The notes below the pieces were generated by a model. It saw nothing but the letters and a program-made list of their open reading frames with translations. It was not told where the DNA came from and did no database searches. The position numbers were made by a program, and so were the translations under genes. Positions 33,170 to 42,236 of a stretch of 64,000 nt of DNA are shown in pieces. Positions within the stretch are counted from its first letter, which is position 1; every line of letters begins with the position of its first letter. Source of the stretch: Promethearchaeota archaeon (GTDB lineage: Archaea > Asgardarchaeota > Lokiarchaeia > Sigyniarchaeales > SOKP01); the NCBI GenBank assembly GCA_048939015.1, contig JBHLPW010000003.1, forward strand, positions 32,001 through 96,000, read 5' to 3'.

Positions 33170-34879
33170 ATGAATGAGAAAAAAATACCTAAAAAGAAGA
33201 GATTTCTTCCTACCCATAAGCCGATTGTTGTTGGAGGATTAGTTGCCATTGTATCACTCGCAGGGATTATCACAGGTGTTGTTTGGTATATTAATAGGCT
33301 AAAACCAGGAGAACAAACACTTATCTGGGGTGTAGGGGAAGCTCCCTTGTGGGAAATTGATCCACTCGAACTTTGGTGGCCAGTACCCCTTGTTGAAAAT
33401 TCTGCTGAAGGATTATTCGCTGTTAATTTAACTAATCCTGAATCAGATATTCTTCCAAATTTAGCATTAGATGGGATATGGAGTCTAGATGGTTTAAACT
33501 TTACTTGTCCACTTAGACAAAAAGTTAAATTTCATGATGATACTCCGTTTAATGCTATTGCAGCCAAATGGAACTTCGACAGAGTCCATAGACTAAGTGA
33601 TGCTTTAACGTATCCAGAATTGTGGAAACTTCCAGATGGTAGATTCATAATAAATGAAACGATTGTTATAGATGACTATACGATAAGGTTTGTGTTAAAC
33701 GCACCCTACGCTCCATTCAAGAATTTATTGTCTGCATGGCCTTCGTATATACTATCCCCTACGTCTACTCCCGATGATGAATTTCTTAACCCTAATACCG
33801 AATTTTTAGTCGGAACTGGTCCTTTTATTTATGACCATCTAGAAGTCAATGTTTCCTTCTCAATGTCTGCCAATCAAGATTATTGGGGTGGTAGACCACA
33901 AATCGATACAATAAATTTCACAGTAATTCCTGAGGAGATGACAGGAATAGAACCATTTTTATTAAAAAAAATTCACCTTGGACGTCTAGTTCTTAATCAA
34001 ACAGAGCTCAAAAAGCTCCAAGATGATCCTTCTTTTAATGTAACAGAACATCTAGTGCCGCGGGTGCGATGGTTAGTACTGAATAATAAATTAATAAATA
34101 CTACGATGAGAAAAGCACTCTCATATGCAGTTAATTGTTCTACTATTAATGAATTTTTTGGTGATACAATATTGGCTAAATCACCCATTCCAGAAAATGT
34201 ATTGTATCATAATATAACAGGGATTAATATACCATATTATAATGTTACGATAGCAAGGCAGATTTTAAAAGACGCTGGATGGCCTGGAACAGAAAATTTG
34301 ACTGCAAATGGAGATGTAAGTCCTGAGAATGAATGGGAAACGGTAGCAAATAGTTCAACACCTCTGGCAACTTACAACTACACAATTTTCGATTTCTGGG
34401 AGGCTGCGGATGTAAATCATACAGGAGCTGTATTGGTCGAAAATTTTAAACAAATTGGGGTTAAGATAGAACTTGTTTCCGTTTCTTATGACATAATGAA
34501 TTGGATGGAATGTGATCTATATGGTTATCATAGAAATATGTATCATATGACTTTTACAGGATGGATAGCAGATATTAACGATCCTTCTAACTTTATTAAT
34601 GCACATTTTACAACCGAGAAGCTTGCCTATTTTGAAAATTATAATTATGGTCAAGTGAATGATACTTTAGTACAACAATGGATGGAAGAAGCTTTAACCC
34701 CAGGAAATAGAAGACAACTATATTATCAAATTCAAAAACATCTTATTGAGGAAGTATATCCCAATATTTGGCTTCATTCCACATCTTATTACGTTGTTAC
34801 GGTATCTAATTTAGAAGGTTATTATCCTAATTGGTTTAGACCTTATTATTGTAGATTTGTCTATTTTAAATCACAATAA
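33170..34879 (+). CDS. family 5 solute-binding protein, membrane-anchored, copy 3
   Basis: LRQKVKFHDDTPFNAIAAKWNFDR, GTGPF, RKALSYA, ADINDPS. Confidence 0.92.
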   Translation: MNEKKIPKKKRFLPTHKPIVVGGLVAIVSLAGIITGVVWYINRLKPGEQTLIWGVGEAPLWEIDPLELWWPVPLVENSAEGLFAVNLTNPESDILPNLALDGIWSLDGLNFTCPLRQKVKFHDDTPFNAIAAKWNFDRVHRLSDALTYPELWKLPDGRFIINETIVIDDYTIRFVLNAPYAPFKNLLSAWPSYILSPTSTPDDEFLNPNTEFLVGTGPFIYDHLEVNVSFSMSANQDYWGGRPQIDTINFTVIPEEMTGIEPFLLKKIHLGRLVLNQTELKKLQDDPSFNVTEHLVPRVRWLVLNNKLINTTMRKALSYAVNCSTINEFFGDTILAKSPIPENVLYHNITGINIPYYNVTIARQILKDAGWPGTENLTANGDVSPENEWETVANSSTPLATYNYTIFDFWEAADVNHTGAVLVENFKQIGVKIELVSVSYDIMNWMECDLYGYHRNMYHMTFTGWIADINDPSNFINAHFTTEKLAYFENYNYGQVNDTLVQQWMEEALTPGNRRQLYYQIQKHLIEEVYPNIWLHSTSYYVVTVSNLEGYYPNWFRPYYCRFVYFKSQ

Positions 34880-34916
34880 TTAGCCTGTTCAGTCAGTAAA
34901 TATTAAATATTTGATA

Positions 34917-35909
34917 TTAAGTGGAATTATTAAAGCTCCATAGGTGTTGTATGTCGATCACTGTTAAATTAAATAACAAATTATAGTTGTTTTTAGCTGG
35001 AAAATCAAAAGATTGATAATAATGACCAGTTTGATTTATGTTATCGATTTTGAATCCTACACTTGGAGGAGGAAAAAGGGGAGCAGGTTCTAAAGGAAAC
35101 CTAAATAAGGCTCCAATATTTGTACTAGCATCTTCATAAGTAAAGCTTAAAATACCTCTATTTTTTATCATGGTGCCTGATACATTTGCCCCCATTTCTC
35201 TATAGTGATATATTTCAAGATCCATATCACCATTTAGTGTAGATAGACTCCATGTACTGTTCTGAGTATATTCCGCATTACGAGAATTTAGAATTAAATC
35301 TCCTGAATTAATAATTCCGGTTATGTTACCGTAAATTATACAGTCATCAAAATCATATTTGATATCCCCGTTTTTTACATTTACTATTAGATTTTTAAAA
35401 GAACCACCCCACGGAACATTTATTTCAACATTTCCTTCGTTTAAAGTTGCGATTATATCGAAAACAATACCTTTTCTAATAGTTACATCTACTTTAATCT
35501 TTTGCGTGAACCATATTGAAGGGTTAAACCATTCATCTGATATAACCTCAAGAGTAAAATTTTTTTGAAGGGAATTATCCTGCCAAGTAATATTAAAATA
35601 ATCTTCATATGATTTCCCTGCTAATTTAGAACCACACATTTTAATATATACCTCTATTTTTACAAAGTAACCAACATCAACGGAGGGGTCGATATAATTT
35701 ATTGTGATGTTTCCTACATCGATTTTAAGATTTAATATTTCTATAGATGGTGTATTTGGATCAGTTTCAAAATTAAGTGGCTCTTGAGTAATATACGTGT
35801 CATAAGTTGACAGATGGCTTGAAATATACAAAATCGGTATAGAACTAATAAGAAGAGTAAAGATGATAACCGTTATACTAATACTCCTTATGATATGTTT
35901 TTTCATCAT
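34917..35909 (-). CDS. DUF4097/adhesin-like protein, copy 3
   Basis: N-terminal TM; LAGKSY, NEGNVEI.VP, NGDI, EMGANVSG, DFPAKNNY. Confidence 0.65.
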   Translation of the reverse strand: MMKKHIIRSISITVIIFTLLISSIPILYISSHLSTYDTYITQEPLNFETDPNTPSIEILNLKIDVGNITINYIDPSVDVGYFVKIEVYIKMCGSKLAGKSYEDYFNITWQDNSLQKNFTLEVISDEWFNPSIWFTQKIKVDVTIRKGIVFDIIATLNEGNVEINVPWGGSFKNLIVNVKNGDIKYDFDDCIIYGNITGIINSGDLILNSRNAEYTQNSTWSLSTLNGDMDLEIYHYREMGANVSGTMIKNRGILSFTYEDASTNIGALFRFPLEPAPLFPPPSVGFKIDNINQTGHYYQSFDFPAKNNYNLLFNLTVIDIQHLWSFNNST

Positions 35910-36202
35910 CTTTAAAACCTTCGACCTAGATTTAGTAACTCTACAATTATTTAGATAAGAGAGTCTTTTATTTAAATTAACGTATCAGATAAAGGATTTA
36001 AAAATCAATTTTCGATAAAATTATTATCTTAATTCAGGATATAAAAAAAACATAATTCTTTTATATTGAAATCGCTTATAAGCTAATTATTATAAGATAA
36101 TCTAAATTCAAATCATAGTACTAGTGATTCCAAACAATTCTCTTAATAACTTTTGATCTATTAGAGCGTTTTTTTTCCACCATCGCCATTTTTGTATTAA
36201 TT

Positions 36203-37243
36203 GTGTGTAGTCTATTTTATATCTCCCGTGGTCGTAAAAGGGATATAATACATGATAAAATGCTAATGTATGGATTTGCCAGTTTTTGGTTTAGTATCGC
36301 ATTAGCAAGAATTTATTTTTTTTTTGCTGATTACTTTTTAGAAGGAACATATAGCGGCGATTTAAGCCAAATTTATCTCACTTTCAACACCATAAATTAC
36401 GTATTGATGTACTTTTATCTTTATTTATACATATTTATACTTGTGAGTGTGGTCTCCTTAAGTATAATTTTCATTTGGTTTTCGATAAGATCAAGTAAGG
36501 AATTCAAAGCGATTTCCTCAATAATGACAATAGGTTATGCAGTATTTTTAGTAGGATGGGTGTTTGAGACTATGGTAATCAAATATGAAAGTTATGTGGC
36601 ACCTTCAATTCCACCTATACTTATGATTATTGGGGCACTTGTAGCAATGTCACCATTGATAATTGATCTTCAATTTTTTGCGAAATCTTTTGTTAACTGG
36701 ATAATAATAGTTTCAATTGCTTTCATATTCCTTGCTTTATGTTTAACCTTATTCACACAATTACCAACACTGATAATAATTCAAATTATTATAATATTTG
36801 CTTCTTTTGTTCTGGTGTTTGCGCTTCTTTATATCTCGATTAATGTCTATAAAGTTTATAAATCTCCAAAGTCTTTAATGGAAGATCAAGAAAAAGAACT
36901 TAGAGATTTTATACGAGCCTTTTCAAAACCTCAAAGGATTACAGAAGAAGAAGTGCAAATGTATAAACAAAAGATGATTTGTCTTGTATGTAAAAGTCAT
37001 ATTTCACGTGTTAACTACGTTTGCCCTGAGTGTAATGCACTTTATTGTATCAAGTGTTCAAATGCGCTGAGTAATTTAGAAAATGCATGTTGGGTGTGTG
37101 ATACACCATTTGATGAGTCTCGACCAATACAACCTCATGAGGTGGTTGAAGAAGCTTTAGGTTTTGAAGAACAGATTATCGCAGAAAGTGAAGTAGGAGA
37201 ACCACATAAAGCTTTAAAAAAGGCAAAAAAAATCAAAAAATAA
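36203..37243 (+). CDS. polytopic membrane protein with C-terminal C4C4 RING-like zinc finger (candidate E3)
   Basis: ~6-7 TM helices, then C-x2-C-x10-C-x2-C-x4-C-x2-C-x10-C-x2-C at 36980-37099; frame is open upstream to 36128, so start uncertain. Confidence 0.75.
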   Translation: MCSLFYISRGRKRDIIHDKMLMYGFASFWFSIALARIYFFFADYFLEGTYSGDLSQIYLTFNTINYVLMYFYLYLYIFILVSVVSLSIIFIWFSIRSSKEFKAISSIMTIGYAVFLVGWVFETMVIKYESYVAPSIPPILMIIGALVAMSPLIIDLQFFAKSFVNWIIIVSIAFIFLALCLTLFTQLPTLIIIQIIIIFASFVLVFALLYISINVYKVYKSPKSLMEDQEKELRDFIRAFSKPQRITEEEVQMYKQKMICLVCKSHISRVNYVCPECNALYCIKCSNALSNLENACWVCDTPFDESRPIQPHEVVEEALGFEEQIIAESEVGEPHKALKKAKKIKK

Positions 37244-37254
37244 AAAAGAAATAT

Positions 37255-37530
37255 GTGAGAAGAAACAAGATGATATTAATGATTTTTTCTGTATTAAGCG
37301 ATTTATATTTTTTGGTTGGGCTATTACTTGTTATTTTTTTGGTAATACCTTATTCTATCTTAATATTTCTAACAATCTGGGTATATAGAGATGCTAAAAG
37401 AAAAGAAATTAATGCTGCCGCATGGGTTTTAATAGTATGGATAATTCCTTTTTTCATTGGGTTCATCCTATATTTATCTATTAGAAATAAATCGATTTCA
37501 AGTACTGTGAGTAGAGAGATACCTGAATAA
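37255..37530 (+). CDS. small membrane protein, PLDc N-terminal-like
   Basis: IWVYRDAKRK....AWVLIVWIIPFFIGFILYL pattern; start may be ATG at 37270. Confidence 0.75.
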   Translation: MRRNKMILMIFSVLSDLYFLVGLLLVIFLVIPYSILIFLTIWVYRDAKRKEINAAAWVLIVWIIPFFIGFILYLSIRNKSISSTVSREIPE

Positions 37531-37622
37531 ATTATGTGAAAAATTAAATTATAAAAAATAAATATTAAAAACAACAAAAACAATATTTACAATATATAAT
37601 AAATTGAAAGGTGCGAAAAAAA

Positions 37623-37880
37623 ATGCGAATCAGTGTGGAAGATAGTCGTACTGGAAAGCTAATTAAATTAGATGTTAAAAATCACCATCAGATTGAAAGA
37701 ATAGTTGATATTATCATAAAGCATATGGGTATTATAAGCGCAGAACAACGTTCGTATACACTTGTCCTCAAAGATCAAGAGTTACCAAATACAATAACTA
37801 TTGAGGATGCCATTCACAAATTCGGATTACAAGAAAATGATAAGTTAATTCTATGGGCTAAAGTTATTGGTGGATTTTAA
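37623..37880 (+). CDS. ubiquitin-like protein (beta-grasp) precursor ending GG-F
   Basis: MRISVEDSRTGKLIKLDV...LVLKDQEL...TIED...GLQENDKLILWAKVIGGF follows the ubiquitin pattern; adjacent to E2/E1/JAB; track start GTG 37611. Confidence 0.85.
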   Translation: MRISVEDSRTGKLIKLDVKNHHQIERIVDIIIKHMGIISAEQRSYTLVLKDQELPNTITIEDAIHKFGLQENDKLILWAKVIGGF

Positions 37881-37906
37881 TTTAATAAATACTTAGTAAA
37901 ATTTGC

Positions 37907-38467
37907 CTAATCATCTATAATTAAAACATCCTCCTCTTCTTCCTCTTTTTCCTCAATCTGTTCTTCAGCAATATTGAGTCCTTCTTTAATCTCACTCATT
38001 GTCTTATTTCTAAATAATTCTGCAGCTTCTAAACATATTGGATAATTAAGAGGATCATCAGGATTTGGATTTTCTACTAAATTTTTAAGTGCTTTAGCTG
38101 TAGTTTCTAAATCAGATAACCGCGACCACTTTTTCAAAACATTAAGACAAATGTATCCTGTACCAGGATTTCCTTGGGGAATTTGAACAGGATGAATGTT
38201 AGGATGAAATATATGCGTTATCCAGGAGAAATCAATTCCGCCGGGATATGGAAATGATCTATTAATTTTCAAGAAAATGCGATGTGATCTTTGTGGTATA
38301 AGTTCTCCTTTATTTTTAATAAGTCCTAAAGCATTTATATTTATTGTGAACTCAACACTAGATTCCCCTTTAAGAACGGTATTTTCTTCCAATACCTTTA
38401 ATTTTTTTATATTTGTGAGTTCATTTTCAATTCTGTCCTTCCAAATTTCATAAGGTAATTCTGGCAA
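37907..38467 (-). CDS. ubiquitin-conjugating enzyme E2
   Basis: RIENEL, FPYP, IFHPNI...GYICLNVL..W, NPNPDDPLN..AA; TTG start preceded by GAGGGG. Confidence 0.93.
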   Translation of the reverse strand: MPELPYEIWKDRIENELTNIKKLKVLEENTVLKGESSVEFTININALGLIKNKGELIPQRSHRIFLKINRSFPYPGGIDFSWITHIFHPNIHPVQIPQGNPGTGYICLNVLKKWSRLSDLETTAKALKNLVENPNPDDPLNYPICLEAAELFRNKTMSEIKEGLNIAEEQIEEKEEEEEDVLIIDD

Positions 38468-38580
38468 TTCTTTTACCCCTCATTAATTTTTTAAAATTAA
38501 ATCATAATTATTATTAATTTTTTTCTTTATTATTTTTTGGATATTTTTAATTTTATTATATTCAACTTTTGTGAGCTTTT

Positions 38581-39462
38581 TCAATCTTTTTTATCATAGG
38601 AGCACGTCCAACATTCAGGATTCTTCAATTTTTCAACAACTCTAAATTTATTTAATAATCCATTATAGTTTAACTGTTTACCAATCAAAGGTTTACCTAT
38701 ATAAGTATCCCATTTACCATGTTCTTTAAAATAATCTAAACCTAAGACAAATTTTAATACTTGTTGTGATTGGAGGCCTCCAATAATTGATGTTGTAGTT
38801 ATAATTGTTGCTACTTTTGCCACAGTTTCACCATTTTCACTCTGAATTTCTTCACCAGTACAAGAAAATTTTTTCCACATTAAATCTAAGTCTGCATTAG
38901 AAATACTACATTGCAAACATGCAGCATCTTTCTCTTCAGAATAAACTGCTTGAACACTACCAAAAAACTCTTCAATCCCAGAATCCACGAAAGGCACTCC
39001 ATAATAATAAGCATAATTATTTGCTTGTAGTCTAGCCTCTACATTATCGAGACACGAACATATAACATCAGATTTTTGATAAAGAGTCTTATCAATATCG
39101 TTTAAATCCTTTTTTATTGCTACAATTTCGCTATCAGGATTTAATTCTTCGCATGCATTTTTCACAACATCTACTTTATATTCTTTATTTTGAGCACTTT
39201 GGTTATTAAATAACACACATCGATTTAAATTTGAAATATTTATAAAATCATAGTCTACTAATATTAATTTACCGACACCAGTTAACACTAAATTTTTCAC
39301 AACTTCATTTCCTGTGGCACCAACCCCGATTATGAGAACTGTAGCGTTAGAAATCTTTTTTTGATCCCAACCCTCAATACGTTTTTGACGATCAAATTTA
39401 TCTGAGTCTATAGATTCAACTCCAAAGACTTCATAATCTGCTTTTTTTTCTTTACTTGGCAT
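38581..39462 (-). CDS. ubiquitin-activating enzyme E1 (ThiF/UBA family)
   Basis: FDRQ, GVGATGNEVVKNL, DYD...SNLNR, LDNVEAR, CLQC and CWTC Zn pairs, putative catalytic FSCT; likely start ATG 39462 (track 39510). Confidence 0.93.
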   Translation of the reverse strand: MPSKEKKADYEVFGVESIDSDKFDRQKRIEGWDQKKISNATVLIIGVGATGNEVVKNLVLTGVGKLILVDYDFINISNLNRCVLFNNQSAQNKEYKVDVVKNACEELNPDSEIVAIKKDLNDIDKTLYQKSDVICSCLDNVEARLQANNYAYYYGVPFVDSGIEEFFGSVQAVYSEEKDAACLQCSISNADLDLMWKKFSCTGEEIQSENGETVAKVATIITTTSIIGGLQSQQVLKFVLGLDYFKEHGKWDTYIGKPLIGKQLNYNGLLNKFRVVEKLKNPECWTCSYDKKD

Positions 39463-39481
39463 ATACTCAATATTTATAAGG

Positions 39482-39985
39482 TTAATTCGAATTAAAGTCC
39501 ACAACTGCATAACTTACTTCTTTATAACCCTTTTCTGAATTTTTATCAAGAGTATAAAATTGGGAATCATCGTCAACTGGATCGACAACTAATGCTACTT
39601 GATATGATTCTGGAAAAAAATATTTCTGAGTTTTTACGTCTGTTTTAGACAAAAAACAACCGAATCCTGGATGTGAGTGCCACCAGCCTACTATTCTTAA
39701 ACTCTCATCCTTTCTTCTTCTTTTTAATCTTTGAAATTTCTTATCATACTTTCCCGCAGCACCCTCTATTTGAGCTGTAGAATATTTATCACTATAAATG
39801 GCACCTAAAAGAAAAAGAAGTTCTTCTATTTTAACATAAAGTTTCTCGTCCCATTTCAATATATTTCCTATTAAATATCCAAAAATTTCATTATGAAAGT
39901 TTTTACATAATATCTTTATCCTATTTAAGACATCTTTTTTAATATATACTGGAAATACAAAATTTTCTTCAAATGTCATTATCAT
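39482..39985 (-). CDS. JAB/MPN+ (JAMM) metalloprotease, Rpn11-like
   Basis: [26 protein letters not shown] (HxH-x7-S-x2-D), ALVVDP. Confidence 0.93.
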   Translation of the reverse strand: MIMTFEENFVFPVYIKKDVLNRIKILCKNFHNEIFGYLIGNILKWDEKLYVKIEELLFLLGAIYSDKYSTAQIEGAAGKYDKKFQRLKRRRKDESLRIVGWWHSHPGFGCFLSKTDVKTQKYFFPESYQVALVVDPVDDDSQFYTLDKNSEKGYKEVSYAVVDFNSN

Positions 39986-40902
39986 TAATTTTTCTTAATT
40001 TCTTTTATTGAGCGTATAGAAAAATTCTCACTCTTTTTTAAAATTGAGATTTCTAACATATTTTTTATTATTTGATTAATTTGGTCTCGCGAATTTCCTT
40101 GAATCGCAGAAAACCCAAATGTTTTTAACCCAAAAGACTCATTAATTTTGCTAGGTTCAAATGCAGAGTTAATAGAGTCTTGGAAATTTGCGAGTATATA
40201 AAAATCGATATTTTTAACTCTCTCTTTTAATCTTGAGTATAAATTACTAGTTCGGCTTAAATTACCAGCACCAGAGTTGGTAACTATACAAATTATATTA
40301 ATCTTGGCAATTAAGGGTTTATAATTACTGAAGTTTTCTACTAAATCTACTAAATTTATTTCTCTTATAACAAACTCATTAATTCCTTCTAAGTTAGAAA
40401 TCTTCACTGTTTTTTCTACGATCTCATTCATCTCATCATCAATTTCTAATACAGTTTCTCCAGGAAATAGATTCATAATTGTTGATTTTCCTACACCGTC
40501 CTCACCTGCTAATAAAATCTTGGGTGGGATTATAATATTATTTTCTATAAAATTACCAAAATCTTTAATCTGAGGGCTCTGATCATTTCCTGTTCCCAAT
40601 CCATTCTTAAATCGTTTGAAAAATTCTTCCTTCACCAACTCTAACTTATACATTACTTCATCTTCCGGATCATAATGATCAGTCGTAACTATGAATACAT
40701 AATCTTGTCGACCATAGGTATATACAAAATTAAAATTCTCAAAATTTAATGATCTTATATATCCTCCTTCAATCTTTTTACAAACACGTGTAATAAGAGT
40801 AAGAAAGCTTACGATATCATTATTTATATGATCAGCACCATAAAATGATTTAAAATAGCGGACTACTCCATCCAATGTAATAATATAGATATTCGATATC
40901 AT
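39985..40902 (-). CDS. longin-like domain + atypical small GTPase, copy 1
   Basis: N-terminal longin-like fold; [15 protein letters not shown]-loop; ANFQD (G4), FSAI (G5); stop overlaps JAB start (TAATG). Confidence 0.8.
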   Translation of the reverse strand: MISNIYIITLDGVVRYFKSFYGADHINNDIVSFLTLITRVCKKIEGGYIRSLNFENFNFVYTYGRQDYVFIVTTDHYDPEDEVMYKLELVKEEFFKRFKNGLGTGNDQSPQIKDFGNFIENNIIIPPKILLAGEDGVGKSTIMNLFPGETVLEIDDEMNEIVEKTVKISNLEGINEFVIREINLVDLVENFSNYKPLIAKINIICIVTNSGAGNLSRTSNLYSRLKERVKNIDFYILANFQDSINSAFEPSKINESFGLKTFGFSAIQGNSRDQINQIIKNMLEISILKKSENFSIRSIKEIKKN

Positions 40903-41030
40903 ACCAGAATTTTAATTTTCTCTTTTTCTTACTTTTGACTTTAACTTTTCTTATTTTTTTAATAAATATATGTAATATAATTACATGAACAATGAAATTG
41001 TATTCTTCTTACTTTTTGATAATTAAATCT

Positions 41031-41927
41031 TTAAATTTGCTTACTTTCTATTTTTTCTATTATTGAAATTTTTATCATTTCACTAATTATTTCAAGTATC
41101 TTTTCTTCAGCTTCCTTTTTAATTGCACAAAAACCATACGTTTGCATACCAAATAATTCTTCTACTTTTTCTGGTTCATATGATGTATTTTCTAGATCTT
41201 GAAAATTAGCTATCACATAATAATCCGCTTTTTTGACTATTTTTTCTAATTGAGAGTAAAATCTTTGAGTTCTACCTAAATTACTTGCACCAGAATTAGT
41301 AACAATGCAAATTATATCGACTGAATCCAATATTGGTCTATAAATTTTAGAATTTTTAATCAATTCCTCCAAATCAAATTCCCGTAATACTATCTCCTTT
41401 ATTCTTTTAAAATTAGATAAGGGGATAGATTTTTGAATAATTTCATTCAAGTCTCCATCAAGTTCTAACACAGTTTCTCCAGGTAATAAATCCATGATGG
41501 TTGTTTTTCCTACCCCCAGTTCGCCTACAAGCAATATTTTGGGCGGGATAAAGATGTGGTTTTCTGCGAATTCATCAAATACTTCGAATCTTCCTGTTTC
41601 ACATTTCCAATTTATTAAATCATCGTGAAATTGTCTAATAAATTCATTTTTCATTAACTCTAGTTTATCTTGCGCTTCCTCTTCAGGATCATCAATCTCT
41701 GTAACAATAATAAACATACATAACTTTTCATCGTCATATGTATATACAAAATTAAAATTTCTGAAATTCAACGATTTTATTTCGCCCCCGCCAATTTCCT
41801 TTGCAATACTACTAATTGCTGTAAGGAATCCGCTTACTAAATCATAATCCATGTCATCGCTTCCCACAAATGTCTTTGAATAACAAAGAACACCATTAGC
41901 CATTATTATGAGTATTTTAGATATCAT
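41031..41927 (-). CDS. longin-like domain + atypical small GTPase, copy 2
   Basis: NGVLCYSK...LVSGFLTAI longin-like; GELGVGKTT; ANFQD; FCAI. Confidence 0.8.
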   Translation of the reverse strand: MISKILIIMANGVLCYSKTFVGSDDMDYDLVSGFLTAISSIAKEIGGGEIKSLNFRNFNFVYTYDDEKLCMFIIVTEIDDPEEEAQDKLELMKNEFIRQFHDDLINWKCETGRFEVFDEFAENHIFIPPKILLVGELGVGKTTIMDLLPGETVLELDGDLNEIIQKSIPLSNFKRIKEIVLREFDLEELIKNSKIYRPILDSVDIICIVTNSGASNLGRTQRFYSQLEKIVKKADYYVIANFQDLENTSYEPEKVEELFGMQTYGFCAIKKEAEEKILEIISEMIKISIIEKIESKQI

Positions 41928-42051
41928 TTTGAATTTCTTATTTTATTCTATTAATAATTAATTTAATAATAGAGTTGAGTATTATTTAAAATAACTGTGC
42001 GGAATTATCATTGTCATTATGAATATCCCTTTTAAAAATCTGTGAAATGAT

Positions 42052-42207
42052 ATGGGTGAAGAAGAAAAGGATTCAAAATCAAATGATCATTATCCAACAA
42101 TAATATCTTACGAAGATCGAGAAATTAAAGAACAAAAACCTCCAAATGATAAAATTATTAGTTATAAAATCGTAGATGAGAAAATAAATTCAGATTCTGA
42201 AGATTAA
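42052..42207 (+). CDS. putative small acidic protein (51 aa), not in ORF track
   Basis: MGEEEKDSKSNDHYPTIISYEDREIKEQKPPNDKIISYKIVDEKINSDSED*; purine-rich codon usage; fills an otherwise empty 310 bp gap. Confidence 0.45.
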   Translation: MGEEEKDSKSNDHYPTIISYEDREIKEQKPPNDKIISYKIVDEKINSDSED

Positions 42208-42236
42208 TTATCAAATCTCATAAGATCTATAGAGAT

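Noticed and set aside
37623-39985. Interpretation as a ThiS/MoaD sulfur-carrier or bacterial CBASS/Bil-type defence locus
   Set aside because: Stand-alone HPN-type E2, ubiquitin-like Ubl pattern and Rpn11-like JAB, with no cyclase, effector, or thiamine/molybdopterin genes nearby; an antiviral role cannot be excluded but nothing here supports it
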